From positions 1 through 43,541 of the forward strand of contig DXDO01000129.1 of the NCBI GenBank assembly GCA_019115425.1: a DNA stretch of 43,541 nt. Direction: 5' to 3'. Below the pieces are notes generated by a model. It was not told the DNA's origin. It saw only the letters and a list, made by a program, of their open reading frames with translations, and ran no database searches. The translations under genes were made by a program, and so were the position numbers. Within the stretch, counting starts at the first letter, position 1, and the number at the start of each line of letters is the position of its first letter. Below, one piece after another: positions 27,010 to 37,843 of this stretch. This DNA is from Candidatus Agathobaculum merdigallinarum. GTDB lineage: Bacteria; Bacillota; Clostridia; Oscillospirales; Butyricicoccaceae.

Positions 27010-28599
27010 TCAGCCCAAATACGGTGCATATTCTTCCATAATGCGCCAGGCCGCTTTGATGCCGTCCACCGCAGCGGACATGATGCCGCCCGCATAGCCC
27101 GCACCCTCGCCGCACGGGATCAGTCCCGCGCAGCCCAGGCCGAACAGATCGTCCCCGCGCGTCATGCGCACAGGCGACGAGGTGCGCGTCTCCGGCCCGG
27201 TCAGCAATGCGTCCGGCGCATCAAAGCCGCGGATCTTACGCCCAAAGTACGGCAGACTGTCCCGCAGCACATCCTGCACAAAGGCGGGCAGACTTGCCGC
27301 CGCTTCGCCGTATGCCACGCCAATGGGATAGCTGGGCTGCACCGCGCCCGCGGCTTTGCTCGGCCTGCCCGCGAGGAAATCGCCCACGCGCTGGCAGGGC
27401 GCGCGGTAGGAACCGGTCTGCCGGTAAGCCGCGCGCTCGATCCGCCGCTGGAGCGCAACGCCGCCGAACGGCGTGCCGTCGTCGAAATCCTTGGGATCGA
27501 CCGACACCGCAAGCGCCGCATTCGCATTTATCCCGTCGCGCGCGTGGTAGCTCATGCCGTTGGTCACAACGGTGTTTTCCTCGCTCTGCGCCGCGACGAC
27601 CACGCCGCCCGGGCACATGCAGAAAGAATAGCAGGCTCGTCCACCCTCCCGCCGCGAAAGATTGTATTCCGCAGGCGGCAGCAGCGGATGCCCCGCATAT
27701 TTGCCGTACAGCGCGCGGTCGATCTCGCTTTGGAGGTGCTCGATGCGCACACCGACCGAAAACGCCTTTGGTTCCAAGTATACCCCGTTTTGATGCAGGG
27801 CATCAAAGGTGTCCCGCGCGGAATGGCCGATAGCGATCACTGCGCGCTCACACGCGGTCTCTCCATTCTCCGTGCGGACCGCGCACAGCGCGCCGTTTCG
27901 CACGGAAACACCGGTCAGCGCGGTGCGGAAATGCACCTCGCCGCCGTTTTTCACAATCTCGCGCCGCATGGCGCGCACAACATTTTTCAGGATATCCGTC
28001 CCTACATGGGGCTTGGCCTTTTTCACGATATCCGCCGGCGCGCCGTGCGCCGCGAACGTCTCCAGCACCGTATCGCACAGCGGATCGCCGATGCGGGTGG
28101 TGAGCTTGCCATCCGAATATGCGCCCGCGCCGCCCTCGCCGAACTGGATGTTGCACGAGGGATCGAGCACGCCGCCATGCCAGAAGGCTTCAACCGCCCT
28201 GTCCCGCTCGTCCAGATCGCCGCCGCGCTCGAAAACGACCGGCGCGTATCCGTGCTTTGCGAGCGTATAGGCCGAAAACAGCCCCGCCGGTCCCAGCCCG
28301 ACGACCACAGGACGGCGGCTGAGCCGCTTTCTGCCCCGCGGCACATCCGGTTTCGCGTCCGCTTTATACCGCACAGAGGGCATTTGAAGCTTTTCTGCAA
28401 ACGCCTTTTCGTCAAACGGCGCATCCAGCCGCACCGAATATACACGGGAAATACGGCCGCGCCGCGCGTCGATGCTGACGCGGCATACCGCCGCCTGCGC
28501 GCTGTCCGGGGCAAGGCCGGTCAACCGCCGCGCTTCGCTGAGCGCCAGCTCCTCCGGCGCGTCAAACGGCAGGCGGATACCACTGGCGATCAGGCTCAT
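27010..28599 (-). CDS. NAD(P)/FAD-dependent oxidoreductase (uncharacterised FAD-dependent dehydrogenase)
   Basis: VVGLGPAG Rossmann motif, FGEGGAGAYSDGKL, FCMCPGG, ETRTSSP and GEGAGYAGGIMSAA; ATGA overlap with cdaR. Confidence 0.9.
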   Translation of the reverse strand: MSLIASGIRLPFDAPEELALSEARRLTGLAPDSAQAAVCRVSIDARRGRISRVYSVRLDAPFDEKAFAEKLQMPSVRYKADAKPDVPRGRKRLSRRPVVVGLGPAGLFSAYTLAKHGYAPVVFERGGDLDERDRAVEAFWHGGVLDPSCNIQFGEGGAGAYSDGKLTTRIGDPLCDTVLETFAAHGAPADIVKKAKPHVGTDILKNVVRAMRREIVKNGGEVHFRTALTGVSVRNGALCAVRTENGETACERAVIAIGHSARDTFDALHQNGVYLEPKAFSVGVRIEHLQSEIDRALYGKYAGHPLLPPAEYNLSRREGGRACYSFCMCPGGVVVAAQSEENTVVTNGMSYHARDGINANAALAVSVDPKDFDDGTPFGGVALQRRIERAAYRQTGSYRAPCQRVGDFLAGRPSKAAGAVQPSYPIGVAYGEAAASLPAFVQDVLRDSLPYFGRKIRGFDAPDALLTGPETRTSSPVRMTRGDDLFGLGCAGLIPCGEGAGYAGGIMSAAVDGIKAAWRIMEEYAPYLG

Positions 28600-29963
28600 G
28601 CGTCCGCCCCGCTTTCCCCGGGCTGCGTTTCATCCGGCTGGGATTGATCTCCCTGCCCTTCATCTGAGGGCGCTCCGTCCGCCGGAGGCTCCTCCTCGGA
28701 CGGCGCCTCCTCGCCGCTGCCTGTGATCCGGATCTCGACCTCCACATCCTGCTCGACCAGCGTTACGCCGGCGGGCAGGCCGGTGGCCGCAATCACGCCG
28801 CGGACCGTGTGCGTGCCTGCACCCAGCGAAACCGAGTCATAGGTCAGGCCAATGGACAGCGCGCTCACATCCACCTGCTCAAGCGCGCTCGCGCCGCCGC
28901 GCAGCTCGATCTCGACCGATTCCGTCAGGATCTCGACCGTATATGGCGTCTCGCTCTGCGCGGTATCGGTCGGCACGAAGTTGGTCACCTGCACGCTGCG
29001 GGTGGAAACGCTTTCCTCTTCCTTGACCGTGATCGTCACCTGCGCGGACGAGGGCTGCCCCTCATCCAGCCGCACGCCGTCCGGCAGCGGGATCTCCATT
29101 TCGATCGGCACATCGGTGCGCACGGTATCCAAGTCGATCGTGCCGAGGTTGATCTCCGTGATGCCCGCAAGCGTGTTCTGATCGCCCAGCAGGCTGATCG
29201 TCTGCGGGTCGATGTTCACATCGACCTGCTCACTGGTCAGCGTATCGCCGTCGGCCAGCGTGACCGCAAGCGGGATGCTCTCGACCGGATAGATCGGCAC
29301 ACGCACCGTGACCGTATCCGTCTGACTGGAGACATGCGTGCCGGTGATCGGTTCGCCCGCGTCGTTATACAGGGTAATCCGGCACTCGTTGGTAAAGGTG
29401 GAGGTACTGCCGCCCACATCGACCGTGCCATAGGCATAGGCAACCTCGGCCAGTTCGGACGCCGGTCCCTCGATTGTGATCTCCTTGGTGGTGGTCGGCT
29501 CGGGCGTACCCGCGCGGTAGCCGACCGCCGGAACGCCGGTCGCCTCCACGCGCACGGGCACGGTAGCAGTCGTCACCTTATCCACCAGCACACGCACGCT
29601 CACGCTGTTTGCTTCCACATCGACTGATCCTGTAGTAATGCGCACGGGCAGCGTGTATTCGCCTGCGACATCCGCAACGTCCGCAACATTCACCGTCGCC
29701 ACGATCCTGCTGCGCAGTCTGGAGTTGGAAATCTCATTGATCGGGCCGCGCACAGTGATATCAACGGTCTCCGGACATTCGATGACCGACAGCCCATAAT
29801 TATTCAGCAGTTCCTCCTCACCGGTGATCGTGATGCCGACATCGTTGATCGATGCGGTGCGGGTCGGGTTATCCACCTCGCGCGCAATGATCCACAGGAT
29901 GAACGCCAGAACCAGCGACAGCAGCCGCAGCCAGACGTCGTGCTTCTTCATAAACTCCTTCAC
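28596..29963 (-). CDS. cdaR: CdaR/YbbR-like regulator of diadenylate cyclase
   Basis: N-terminal LRLLSLVLAFILW anchor, repeated beta-rich YbbR-like domains and acidic tail; directly downstream of cdaA. Confidence 0.88.
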   Translation of the reverse strand: MKEFMKKHDVWLRLLSLVLAFILWIIAREVDNPTRTASINDVGITITGEEELLNNYGLSVIECPETVDITVRGPINEISNSRLRSRIVATVNVADVADVAGEYTLPVRITTGSVDVEANSVSVRVLVDKVTTATVPVRVEATGVPAVGYRAGTPEPTTTKEITIEGPASELAEVAYAYGTVDVGGSTSTFTNECRITLYNDAGEPITGTHVSSQTDTVTVRVPIYPVESIPLAVTLADGDTLTSEQVDVNIDPQTISLLGDQNTLAGITEINLGTIDLDTVRTDVPIEMEIPLPDGVRLDEGQPSSAQVTITVKEEESVSTRSVQVTNFVPTDTAQSETPYTVEILTESVEIELRGGASALEQVDVSALSIGLTYDSVSLGAGTHTVRGVIAATGLPAGVTLVEQDVEVEIRITGSGEEAPSEEEPPADGAPSDEGQGDQSQPDETQPGESGADA

Positions 29964-30859
29964 TTGCCCGCGCCCCCTTTCCAGATATTCCGGAGCGCGG
30001 AGATACCCTTTTTGTCCGGCTTATTGTCCGCGATCAGCTCGCTTTCCAGCACCTTGCGCAGCACCTCGGGGGAGAGATGCCGCTTGAGCATGCCGCCGAT
30101 GGCAACCGAGATCGCGCCGGTCTCCTCGGAAACGACGACCAGCACGCTGTCGGACGATTCGCTCATGCCGACCGCCGCGCGGTGGCGCGTCCCCAGATCG
30201 CGGGACAGGTTTTGGTTGCCGGAAAGAGGCAGCACGCAGCCCGCCGCGCAGATTCGTCCGTCGCGTATGATCAGCGCGCCGTCATGCAGCGGGCTGTTTT
30301 TGAAAAAGATATTTTTGAGCAGCTCTGCCGAAGGCTCGGCATCCACCGTGGTTCCGGTGGCGACGATCTCGCCCAGACGCTCCTTGCGCTCAAACACGAT
30401 CAGCACGCCGGTCTTGGTCTTGGACATGTCGCTGCACGCCTTGACCGTGGCGTCGATCGCGGCCTCGGCTGCGTCCGGATCATCCGCCGAGATCAGAAGC
30501 CCGCTGATGTTGCCCTTACCGAGCTGCTCCAGCAGACGGCGCAGTTCAGGCTGAAAAATCACGATTGCCGCCGTTACGCCGATCCCCAGCGAACTGCGCA
30601 GAATAAAGGAAATCGTCGTCAGCCCTGCAACGCTGGCGACCAGAAAGATCAGCAGCAGCCAGATCACGCCTTTGGCCAGTCTCGCCGCGCTCGTATCCTT
30701 GAGCAGCTTCATCAGCCGGTAAATGATATAGCTGACGATCAGGATATCGATCACGTCCATGATGCCCACCGTCTGCAAGGCGATCATGCTGTTTTCCAAT
30801 GACGTGCGCAGATCGAAATTCTGAAAGGTCGGGTCGAAAAAATTCTGAAAAACTTCCAT
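29960..30859 (-). CDS. cdaA: Diadenylate cyclase CdaA (DacA)
   Basis: Three TM helices, IFQPELRR, LHDGA, GTRHRAA and VVSEETG; 299 aa (alternative start 30880). Confidence 0.96.
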   Translation of the reverse strand: MEVFQNFFDPTFQNFDLRTSLENSMIALQTVGIMDVIDILIVSYIIYRLMKLLKDTSAARLAKGVIWLLLIFLVASVAGLTTISFILRSSLGIGVTAAIVIFQPELRRLLEQLGKGNISGLLISADDPDAAEAAIDATVKACSDMSKTKTGVLIVFERKERLGEIVATGTTVDAEPSAELLKNIFFKNSPLHDGALIIRDGRICAAGCVLPLSGNQNLSRDLGTRHRAAVGMSESSDSVLVVVSEETGAISVAIGGMLKRHLSPEVLRKVLESELIADNKPDKKGISALRNIWKGGAGK

Positions 30860-30970
30860 ATATCCACCTGTCCTGTTCATTTTGCCCCCTGCGCAATGCG
30901 GAGACAGGATGTTTTCCTTATCTATACTACCACAAATCCCCTGCGGTGTATAGCGGATTGACGGAGGTAT

Positions 30971-32098
30971 TCACATATTTTTTACGGTTTGCCGCACCAG
31001 CGCCGCCGCATGTTCCAGCTGATGCGCGGTCGAATAAAAAGAAAGCGAAAAGCGCACCGTGCCGGTCTCCTCAGTGCCGGCGGTGCGGTGCGCGAGCGGC
31101 GCGCAATGCAGCCCCGCCCGCACGGAAACACCCTGCCGCGCGAGCGTTTCCGCCATGCCCTCGCTGGACACGCCGCGCACGCGCAGCGACAGCACGCCGG
31201 TCTGCTCCGGATGGGCAAAGCACTCGATCCGCTCCTCGCCCTCGAGCGCGCGGACAAACTCGCGCATGAGCCTTTGCTCCTGTGCGAGAATGTTCGCCGG
31301 CCCCACCGAACGGACAAACGCAATTCCCGCCGCCAGACCCGCGATGCCGGGCACATTGGGCGTGCCGCTTTCAAGCGCGTCCGGCAGGAAATCCGGCTGC
31401 CGCATGTCCTCCGACCGGCTGCCCGTGCCGCCCGCGAGCAGCGGACAGCGCGTGATGCGGTCGTCCAGCGCGAGCAGAATGCCGGTGCCCTGCGGGCCGT
31501 ACAGCGCTTTGTGCCCGGGCATGCACACCGCCGCAAGACAGGGGTGCCTCCGTACATCGATCCCGATCACCCCCGCGGATTGCGATGCGTCCAGAATGAG
31601 CGGCACGCCTTTTTCGTCCAGCAGGGCGGCGATCTCGTCCAGCGGAGCGGCAAAGCCAAACACGTTGGACACATGGTTCAAGATAAACAGCTGCGCGCCG
31701 TTCGCAAGCGCCTGTTCCGCCCGCTCCGCCATTGCCGCGCCGTCCCAGAGCGGCGTATCCAGCACGATGGGATCGATCCCGCGCAGCATGAGCGGCCGCA
31801 TGACCGCGTTATGCTCGTATCCGCTGACCGCAACCCGTGTCTCCGGCCCCGCCAGCGCATGAATCGCCAGATTGAGCGCGTGCGTGGCGTTCATGGTGAA
31901 CACCACGCGCGCCGGGTCGCGCACGCCGAACAGCGCCGCCGCCTGCTCGCGGCAGGCATAGACCGTCTCGCCCGCGCGCATGGCGGCGGCATAGCCGCCC
32001 CGTGCATATCCTGCCGCCGCGTGCATCGCGCGGCGCACAGCCTCATCCACCGCGCGCGGCTTATGCAGGGTGGTGGCCGCGTTGTCCAGATAGATCAT
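30971..32098 (-). CDS. Cysteine desulfurase family (class V PLP aminotransferase)
   Basis: MIYLDNAATT, EHNAV, DASQSAG, GHKALYGPQG, ESGTPN and RAGLHCAP catalytic Cys; 375 aa. Confidence 0.92.
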   Translation of the reverse strand: MIYLDNAATTLHKPRAVDEAVRRAMHAAAGYARGGYAAAMRAGETVYACREQAAALFGVRDPARVVFTMNATHALNLAIHALAGPETRVAVSGYEHNAVMRPLMLRGIDPIVLDTPLWDGAAMAERAEQALANGAQLFILNHVSNVFGFAAPLDEIAALLDEKGVPLILDASQSAGVIGIDVRRHPCLAAVCMPGHKALYGPQGTGILLALDDRITRCPLLAGGTGSRSEDMRQPDFLPDALESGTPNVPGIAGLAAGIAFVRSVGPANILAQEQRLMREFVRALEGEERIECFAHPEQTGVLSLRVRGVSSEGMAETLARQGVSVRAGLHCAPLAHRTAGTEETGTVRFSLSFYSTAHQLEHAAALVRQTVKNM

Positions 32099-32334
32099 AC
32101 CCCCGCCCCCTCATCCGGCAGCACACGGCAGGGCGAAATGCCCATCTGGCGCAGACGGTACAGCGCCGTATCCTTCTGCGCGGCGCTCACGCGCACCGCC
32201 CAGCCGCACGACTCGGTGCGCGCGTGCCGCGGCGGGCGGGTCACCTCGCCCTGCACGCCCATCTGGGTCAAATGCCGCCGCAGGCCGACCGCTTCGGTCT
32301 GGCTGCGGCATATCAAAAGAGCATAACGGCTCAT
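32095..32334 (-). CDS. DUF3343 family small putative S/Se carrier protein
   Basis: S.T.A......L...G......PP.....SCG.AVRV pattern; ATG at 32334 after GAGGAGGAG; ATGA overlap with the desulfurase; 79 aa. Confidence 0.75.
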   Translation of the reverse strand: MSRYALLICRSQTEAVGLRRHLTQMGVQGEVTRPPRHARTESCGWAVRVSAAQKDTALYRLRQMGISPCRVLPDEGAGV

Positions 32335-32373
32335 ACTTCTCTCCTCCTCAGGTTGGTCTACCCTCATCCTATG

Positions 32374-32402
32374 TTGCAACGGCCGGTAAAGTGTGGTATG
32401 CT
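32374..32402 (+). promoter_or_regulatory. SigA-type promoter for the DUF815 ATPase
   Basis: TTGCAA-17 nt-TATGCT with TG extended -10. Confidence 0.6.
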
Positions 32403-32440
32403 GAAACCGAACAGTAAAATCGCCCAAGGAGTGAAAAAAC

Positions 32441-33643
32441 ATGGATCTTTCCGCTCTTGCCCTGCGTCTGCGCGCGCTTTCCGTGCTGCGCGGCCTGCAC
32501 CGGCATCCGCTTGTCCGCGCCTATCTGGAGGCATTCGACGCCCTCGATCAGAGCGCCGCGCAGTTTGCAGACCGCTACGGTGCGCTGTGCGCCGCGCGCT
32601 TTGCCTGCGGGGATGTCTCCCGCGCTGTACTCGACGCGGTGCATTTTGACGTCAATTCGCTGACCGATACGATCGCCGCACCCGCGTCCGACCTGTTGGA
32701 CGCGGCCACGCACGACATAGAAACGCTCAGCGCCCTGCTTGCGCTGAACGGCGGCGCGCTCAAATCGGCCGCCGCGGGGCGGCACAACGCGCCTGCGCTA
32801 CTCTCTCTGTCGGACTTCCCCGCGGGCGATGCGCTGCCCTTCCGCGACGGCGCGGCGCTCGCCAGTTTTTACCGCGCGCAGGGATATGGCTTTTTCACCC
32901 AGTCCTCCGCCTTCGCGGTGCGGGATAACGGCGCCGTCGTCCCCATCACGCATCCGGACACCGTCCGCCTGCGCGACCTGCCCGGCTACGAGCGCCAAAA
33001 GCAGCAGATCCTCAAAAACACGCTCGCCTTCCTCGACGGGCGCGAAGCAAACAATATTCTGCTGTACGGCGACAAGGGTACGGGCAAATCCTCAACCGTC
33101 AAGGCAATCGTCAACGAATATGCCGAGCGCGGTCTGAAAATCATTGAGATGTCGCCGCGGCATATCACCTGCTTTCCAAAGATCTTTGCACAGGCGCTCC
33201 GCTCGCCCTTCCGCTTCATCGTATTTCTGGACGACCTGTCCTTCAGCCGCGAGGACGACAACTTCGCTGCGCTCAAGGCGTTTATTGAGGGCGGGCTTGC
33301 CGGAAAGCCCGCCAACCTCGTGATTTATGCGACCAGCAACCGCCGCCACCTGATCCGTGAGACCTTTGCTGACCGCGAGGGCGACGAGGTGCGCGTGCGC
33401 GACAGTCTGGAGACTGTCACCTCGCTGTCCGACCGTTTCGGGCTGGAGATCACCTTCTCCGTGCCGGACAAGGACGAATACCTGTACATCGTCGATCAGC
33501 TCGCTGCGGAAAGCGGGCTTACGCTGTCCGGCGAGCAGCTTCACCTGCTGGCCGAGCGGTTCGCGCTGCGGCGCAACGGGCGCTCTCCACGCACCGCGCG
33601 GCAATTCATCAGCCAGCAGCTGGCGGAGCAATACGAAAAATAA
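32441..33643 (+). CDS. DUF815 family AAA+ ATPase
   Basis: NNILLYGDKGTGKSS Walker A, FLDDLSF Walker B, YATSNRRHL and SLSDRFG; AAGGAG RBS. Confidence 0.9.
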   Translation: MDLSALALRLRALSVLRGLHRHPLVRAYLEAFDALDQSAAQFADRYGALCAARFACGDVSRAVLDAVHFDVNSLTDTIAAPASDLLDAATHDIETLSALLALNGGALKSAAAGRHNAPALLSLSDFPAGDALPFRDGAALASFYRAQGYGFFTQSSAFAVRDNGAVVPITHPDTVRLRDLPGYERQKQQILKNTLAFLDGREANNILLYGDKGTGKSSTVKAIVNEYAERGLKIIEMSPRHITCFPKIFAQALRSPFRFIVFLDDLSFSREDDNFAALKAFIEGGLAGKPANLVIYATSNRRHLIRETFADREGDEVRVRDSLETVTSLSDRFGLEITFSVPDKDEYLYIVDQLAAESGLTLSGEQLHLLAERFALRRNGRSPRTARQFISQQLAEQYEK

Positions 33644-33652
33644 CGCGGATAG

Positions 33653-33699
33653 GCATACAAAAAAGCAGGCTTCGTTAGCAAAGCCTGCTTTTTGTATGC
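33653..33699. terminator. Bidirectional intrinsic terminator between the DUF815 gene and htrA
   Basis: GCATACAAAAAAGCAGGCTT-cgttagca-AAGCCTGCTTTTTGTATGC between convergent stops. Confidence 0.85.
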
Positions 33700-33706
33700 G
33701 TAGTTC

Positions 33707-35203
<1,497 letters not shown>

Positions 35204-35235
35204 TGCAATGACCTCCCTATCGATTTTGTGCTTTC

Positions 35236-35289
35236 ATTCTACCGGTCCATTGTGGCAGTTTGTTGAAAACAATATGAATAATTTTTGAA
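35236..35289 (-). promoter_or_regulatory. htrA promoter with tandem OmpR-family regulator boxes
   Basis: Minus strand TTCAAAA, TTCATAT, TTCAACA, GCCACAA at exact 11-bp period, upstream of a TAGAAT -10 (35236-35241); no good -35. Confidence 0.55.
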
Positions 35290-35339
35290 CTTCAATTTTC
35301 CCCCAATATTCAACCGGACAAACCGCCGTCCGAAGGCGA

Positions 35340-35526
35340 CAGCCTCTCGATCGGAACCATGCTTCCGATCGAAATTTACGCAAAAAAAGGTTCCCCTATG
35401 CGAAACTTTTTTGCTCTCAAAGTATAAAAAGTCAGGCACATGTCCTGACTTTTTATGAATTTTGCGGCAAGCCGCAAAATTCTGTTTGATGCGCGCTGCG
35501 GCGCAAAAGACTTTTTCGACAGACTG
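35340..35526 (-). mobile_element. Multi-hairpin dispersed element, copy D, MITE-like with imperfect TIRs and target duplication
   Basis: Same hairpin array, inverted (ATAAAAAGTCAGG-CACATGT-CCTGACTTTTTAT at 35424-35456); ends CAGCCTCTCGA...TCGACAGACTG (9/11 inverted match); AAGGCG repeated at 35333-35338 and 35527-35532. Confidence 0.7.
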
Positions 35527-35557
35527 AAGGCGGCGGTCTTTGCGCATATGATTTCTG

Positions 35558-37012
35558 TTATTGCTGTTTCGCGCCCGGCAGCTGCGGCGGGGCGAGCGGC
35601 AGGGTAAATTCAAACTCGGTCTCGCCGCCGTCTGACCGGACAGAGATCTCCCCGCCGTGCAGATTGATAATATTCTTGACAATATATAATCCCAGACCCG
35701 CGCCGGTTTTATCCATGGAGCGCGAGCGATCGGCCTTATAGAAGCGGTCGAAAATATGCGGCAGGTCATCCGCCGAGATGCCCGCGCCCGTGTTGCTGAT
35801 CGAGAACGCGCAGAACGTGCCCTCCGGATGCGCGCGCAAGCACAGCCGGCCGCCCTCGTCAATAAACTTGACCGCGTTATCCACCAGATTATACACCGCG
35901 CGGTACAGATGATCTCTGTCACCCATGACGATCAGCCGATCCTCCAGTTCGCAGCATACCTCCAGTTTCTTATTTTCAATCTTCTGCTCAAAGGAGAGGA
36001 TGATCTGGCTGGTCATCTCGGAGAAATCAAGCGGCGCAGGGTTCAGGATCAGCTCGCCCGACTGGATCTTTGCCGCGTCCAGCATGCGATTGACCATGCG
36101 CGACAGGCGGCGGGTCTCCTCGGCAATGATGTGCAGATATTTATCCCGCTGGTCGGCGGGAATCGTGCCGTCAATCATGCCGTCCACAAAGCCGCCGATC
36201 GTAGTCATCGGGGTTTTGAACTCGTGGCTGACGTTGGAGATAAACCCGCGCGTCAACTCCTCCAGCTGATCGAGGTCGCGCGCCATGTTGTTGAAGGAGA
36301 CCGCCAGCTCGTCGATCTCATAACAACGGTTGTCCTCGGGGACGCGCACCTCAAAATTGCCGGCCGCAAACTCTTTCGCCGCCGCCGCAATCACTTTGAG
36401 CGGCCGCGTCATATGCTGGGACAGGATGAACGATATGATCAGCGCCACCACCAGCGTCACCAGCAGGATGAGCACCAGCGTCTGCGTGGAGTGCCGCACC
36501 ATCCCCGCCGCCGCGGCGTCCTGCGTGTAGATAAACACCATGGCGGAAAGCTCTCCGTTGTCGTCCGTCACGCCTGTGCCCACGGTATAGCTGGAGCGGT
36601 CCCCCAGCACGCCGAGCTGTCCCAGCTCGGCATAGCTGCCCGTGTTGCGTACCTGGCGAACCACAGCGGCCGGCATAATATATCCACTGACCGACGCTGT
36701 CGAACCGTCTGGGGCAGCGACCATTTCTATCACGCCGTTTGAATCGGTCACACAAACAGTAATCGCGTCCTCTTTGGCGACACGGCCGATGGACAGCATA
36801 TAAATATCCCTGATAATCTCCGAATCCGTTCCCTGCATCAGTTTGGTCTGCTCCGCAAGGCTCTGCACGGTCGTGCGCAGTTCCACCTGTTTGGATCTGA
36901 GCGCATAATTGCTCATCTGGTAATAAAACACGCTGCCCGCCACCGCGAACGCACATACGATCAGCACCAGATGCGTCACATAGTTTTTGAAGAAAAAACT
37001 GCGTCTGCCCAT
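35558..37012 (-). CDS. HAMP-domain sensor histidine kinase
   Basis: Two TM helices, HAMP, SHEFKTP H-box, NLVDNAVKF, FDRFYKAD and GAGLGL; 484 aa. Confidence 0.95.
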   Translation of the reverse strand: MGRRSFFFKNYVTHLVLIVCAFAVAGSVFYYQMSNYALRSKQVELRTTVQSLAEQTKLMQGTDSEIIRDIYMLSIGRVAKEDAITVCVTDSNGVIEMVAAPDGSTASVSGYIMPAAVVRQVRNTGSYAELGQLGVLGDRSSYTVGTGVTDDNGELSAMVFIYTQDAAAAGMVRHSTQTLVLILLVTLVVALIISFILSQHMTRPLKVIAAAAKEFAAGNFEVRVPEDNRCYEIDELAVSFNNMARDLDQLEELTRGFISNVSHEFKTPMTTIGGFVDGMIDGTIPADQRDKYLHIIAEETRRLSRMVNRMLDAAKIQSGELILNPAPLDFSEMTSQIILSFEQKIENKKLEVCCELEDRLIVMGDRDHLYRAVYNLVDNAVKFIDEGGRLCLRAHPEGTFCAFSISNTGAGISADDLPHIFDRFYKADRSRSMDKTGAGLGLYIVKNIINLHGGEISVRSDGGETEFEFTLPLAPPQLPGAKQQ

Positions 37013-37015
37013 GGT

Positions 37016-37696
37016 TTACTCCTTGGTTTCAAATTTATAGCCCACACCCCAGACGGTCTTTAACTCCCACTTATCCGAAGCGCCCTCGAGCTTTTCGCGC
37101 AGGCGCTTGACATGTACATCCACCGTGCGGGTATCGCCGAAATAGTCGAAGCCCCACACATCGTCCAGCAGCTGCGCGCGGGTGAACACCCGGTTCGGGC
37201 TGGATGCCAGATAGTACAGCAGCTCGATCTCCTTGGGCGGCGCGTCCACACGTTTTCCCCTGATAACCAGATCATATGCCTGCTTGTCGATCACGAGGTT
37301 GTCAAACGACAGCTTTTCAGGTGCGTCGTCCGGCGCCATGCGGCGGAACACCGCGCGCACGCGCGCAATCACCTCAGGCATCTCGAGCGGCTTGACGATA
37401 TAGTCGTCCGCGCCCATTTCGAGGCCGGAGACCCTGTCCGCCGTCTCGCCCTTGGCGGTCAGCATGATGATCGGCACGTCGCTTTCCGCGCGGATCTCCT
37501 TGCAGACCGCCCAGCCGTCCATCACCGGCATCATCACGTCGAGCAGCAGCATATCCGGCTTTTCCGACTTCCACAGCTTAATGCCTTCCACGCCGTTTTC
37601 CGCCTCCAGCACCGCATAGCCCTCACGCTCCAGATACAGGCGCAGCAGCTCGCGGATGTTGGCTTCGTCTTCCACAATCAATATTTTCTTGGGCAT
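37016..37696 (-). CDS. OmpR/PhoB family response regulator
   Basis: ILIVEDE, LLDVMMP, LTAK, GADDYIVKP and winged-helix RTVDVHVKRLREKL..TVWGVGYK; start 37696; 226 aa. Confidence 0.95.
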   Translation of the reverse strand: MPKKILIVEDEANIRELLRLYLEREGYAVLEAENGVEGIKLWKSEKPDMLLLDVMMPVMDGWAVCKEIRAESDVPIIMLTAKGETADRVSGLEMGADDYIVKPLEMPEVIARVRAVFRRMAPDDAPEKLSFDNLVIDKQAYDLVIRGKRVDAPPKEIELLYYLASSPNRVFTRAQLLDDVWGFDYFGDTRTVDVHVKRLREKLEGASDKWELKTVWGVGYKFETKE

Positions 37697-37785
37697 GATA
37701 TCCCCTGCTTTCCCATAGTATGCTTCCATTATACCGCTGTTTGCCTGAAAAAGCATTAACAATCTGTAAAAGCGCGTCCGGCCGA

Positions 37786-37814
37786 TTGTGCGTGCCGCGC
37801 GGGTGTGTTATAAT
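37786..37814 (+). promoter_or_regulatory. SigA-type promoter for tsaA
   Basis: TTGTGC-17 nt-TATAAT with TG extended -10. Confidence 0.6.
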
Positions 37815-37843
37815 CTTGACATCCTGTAGGAAGGGGGCCTTTC

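Noticed and set aside
35239-35922. 227-aa minus-strand ORF crossing copy D; similar peptides (HKKSGH.PDFLY) appear in ORFs over copy E
   Set aside because: Out-of-frame overlap with the kinase; the shared peptide only reflects the repeated DNA hairpin, and frames are not kept among copies.
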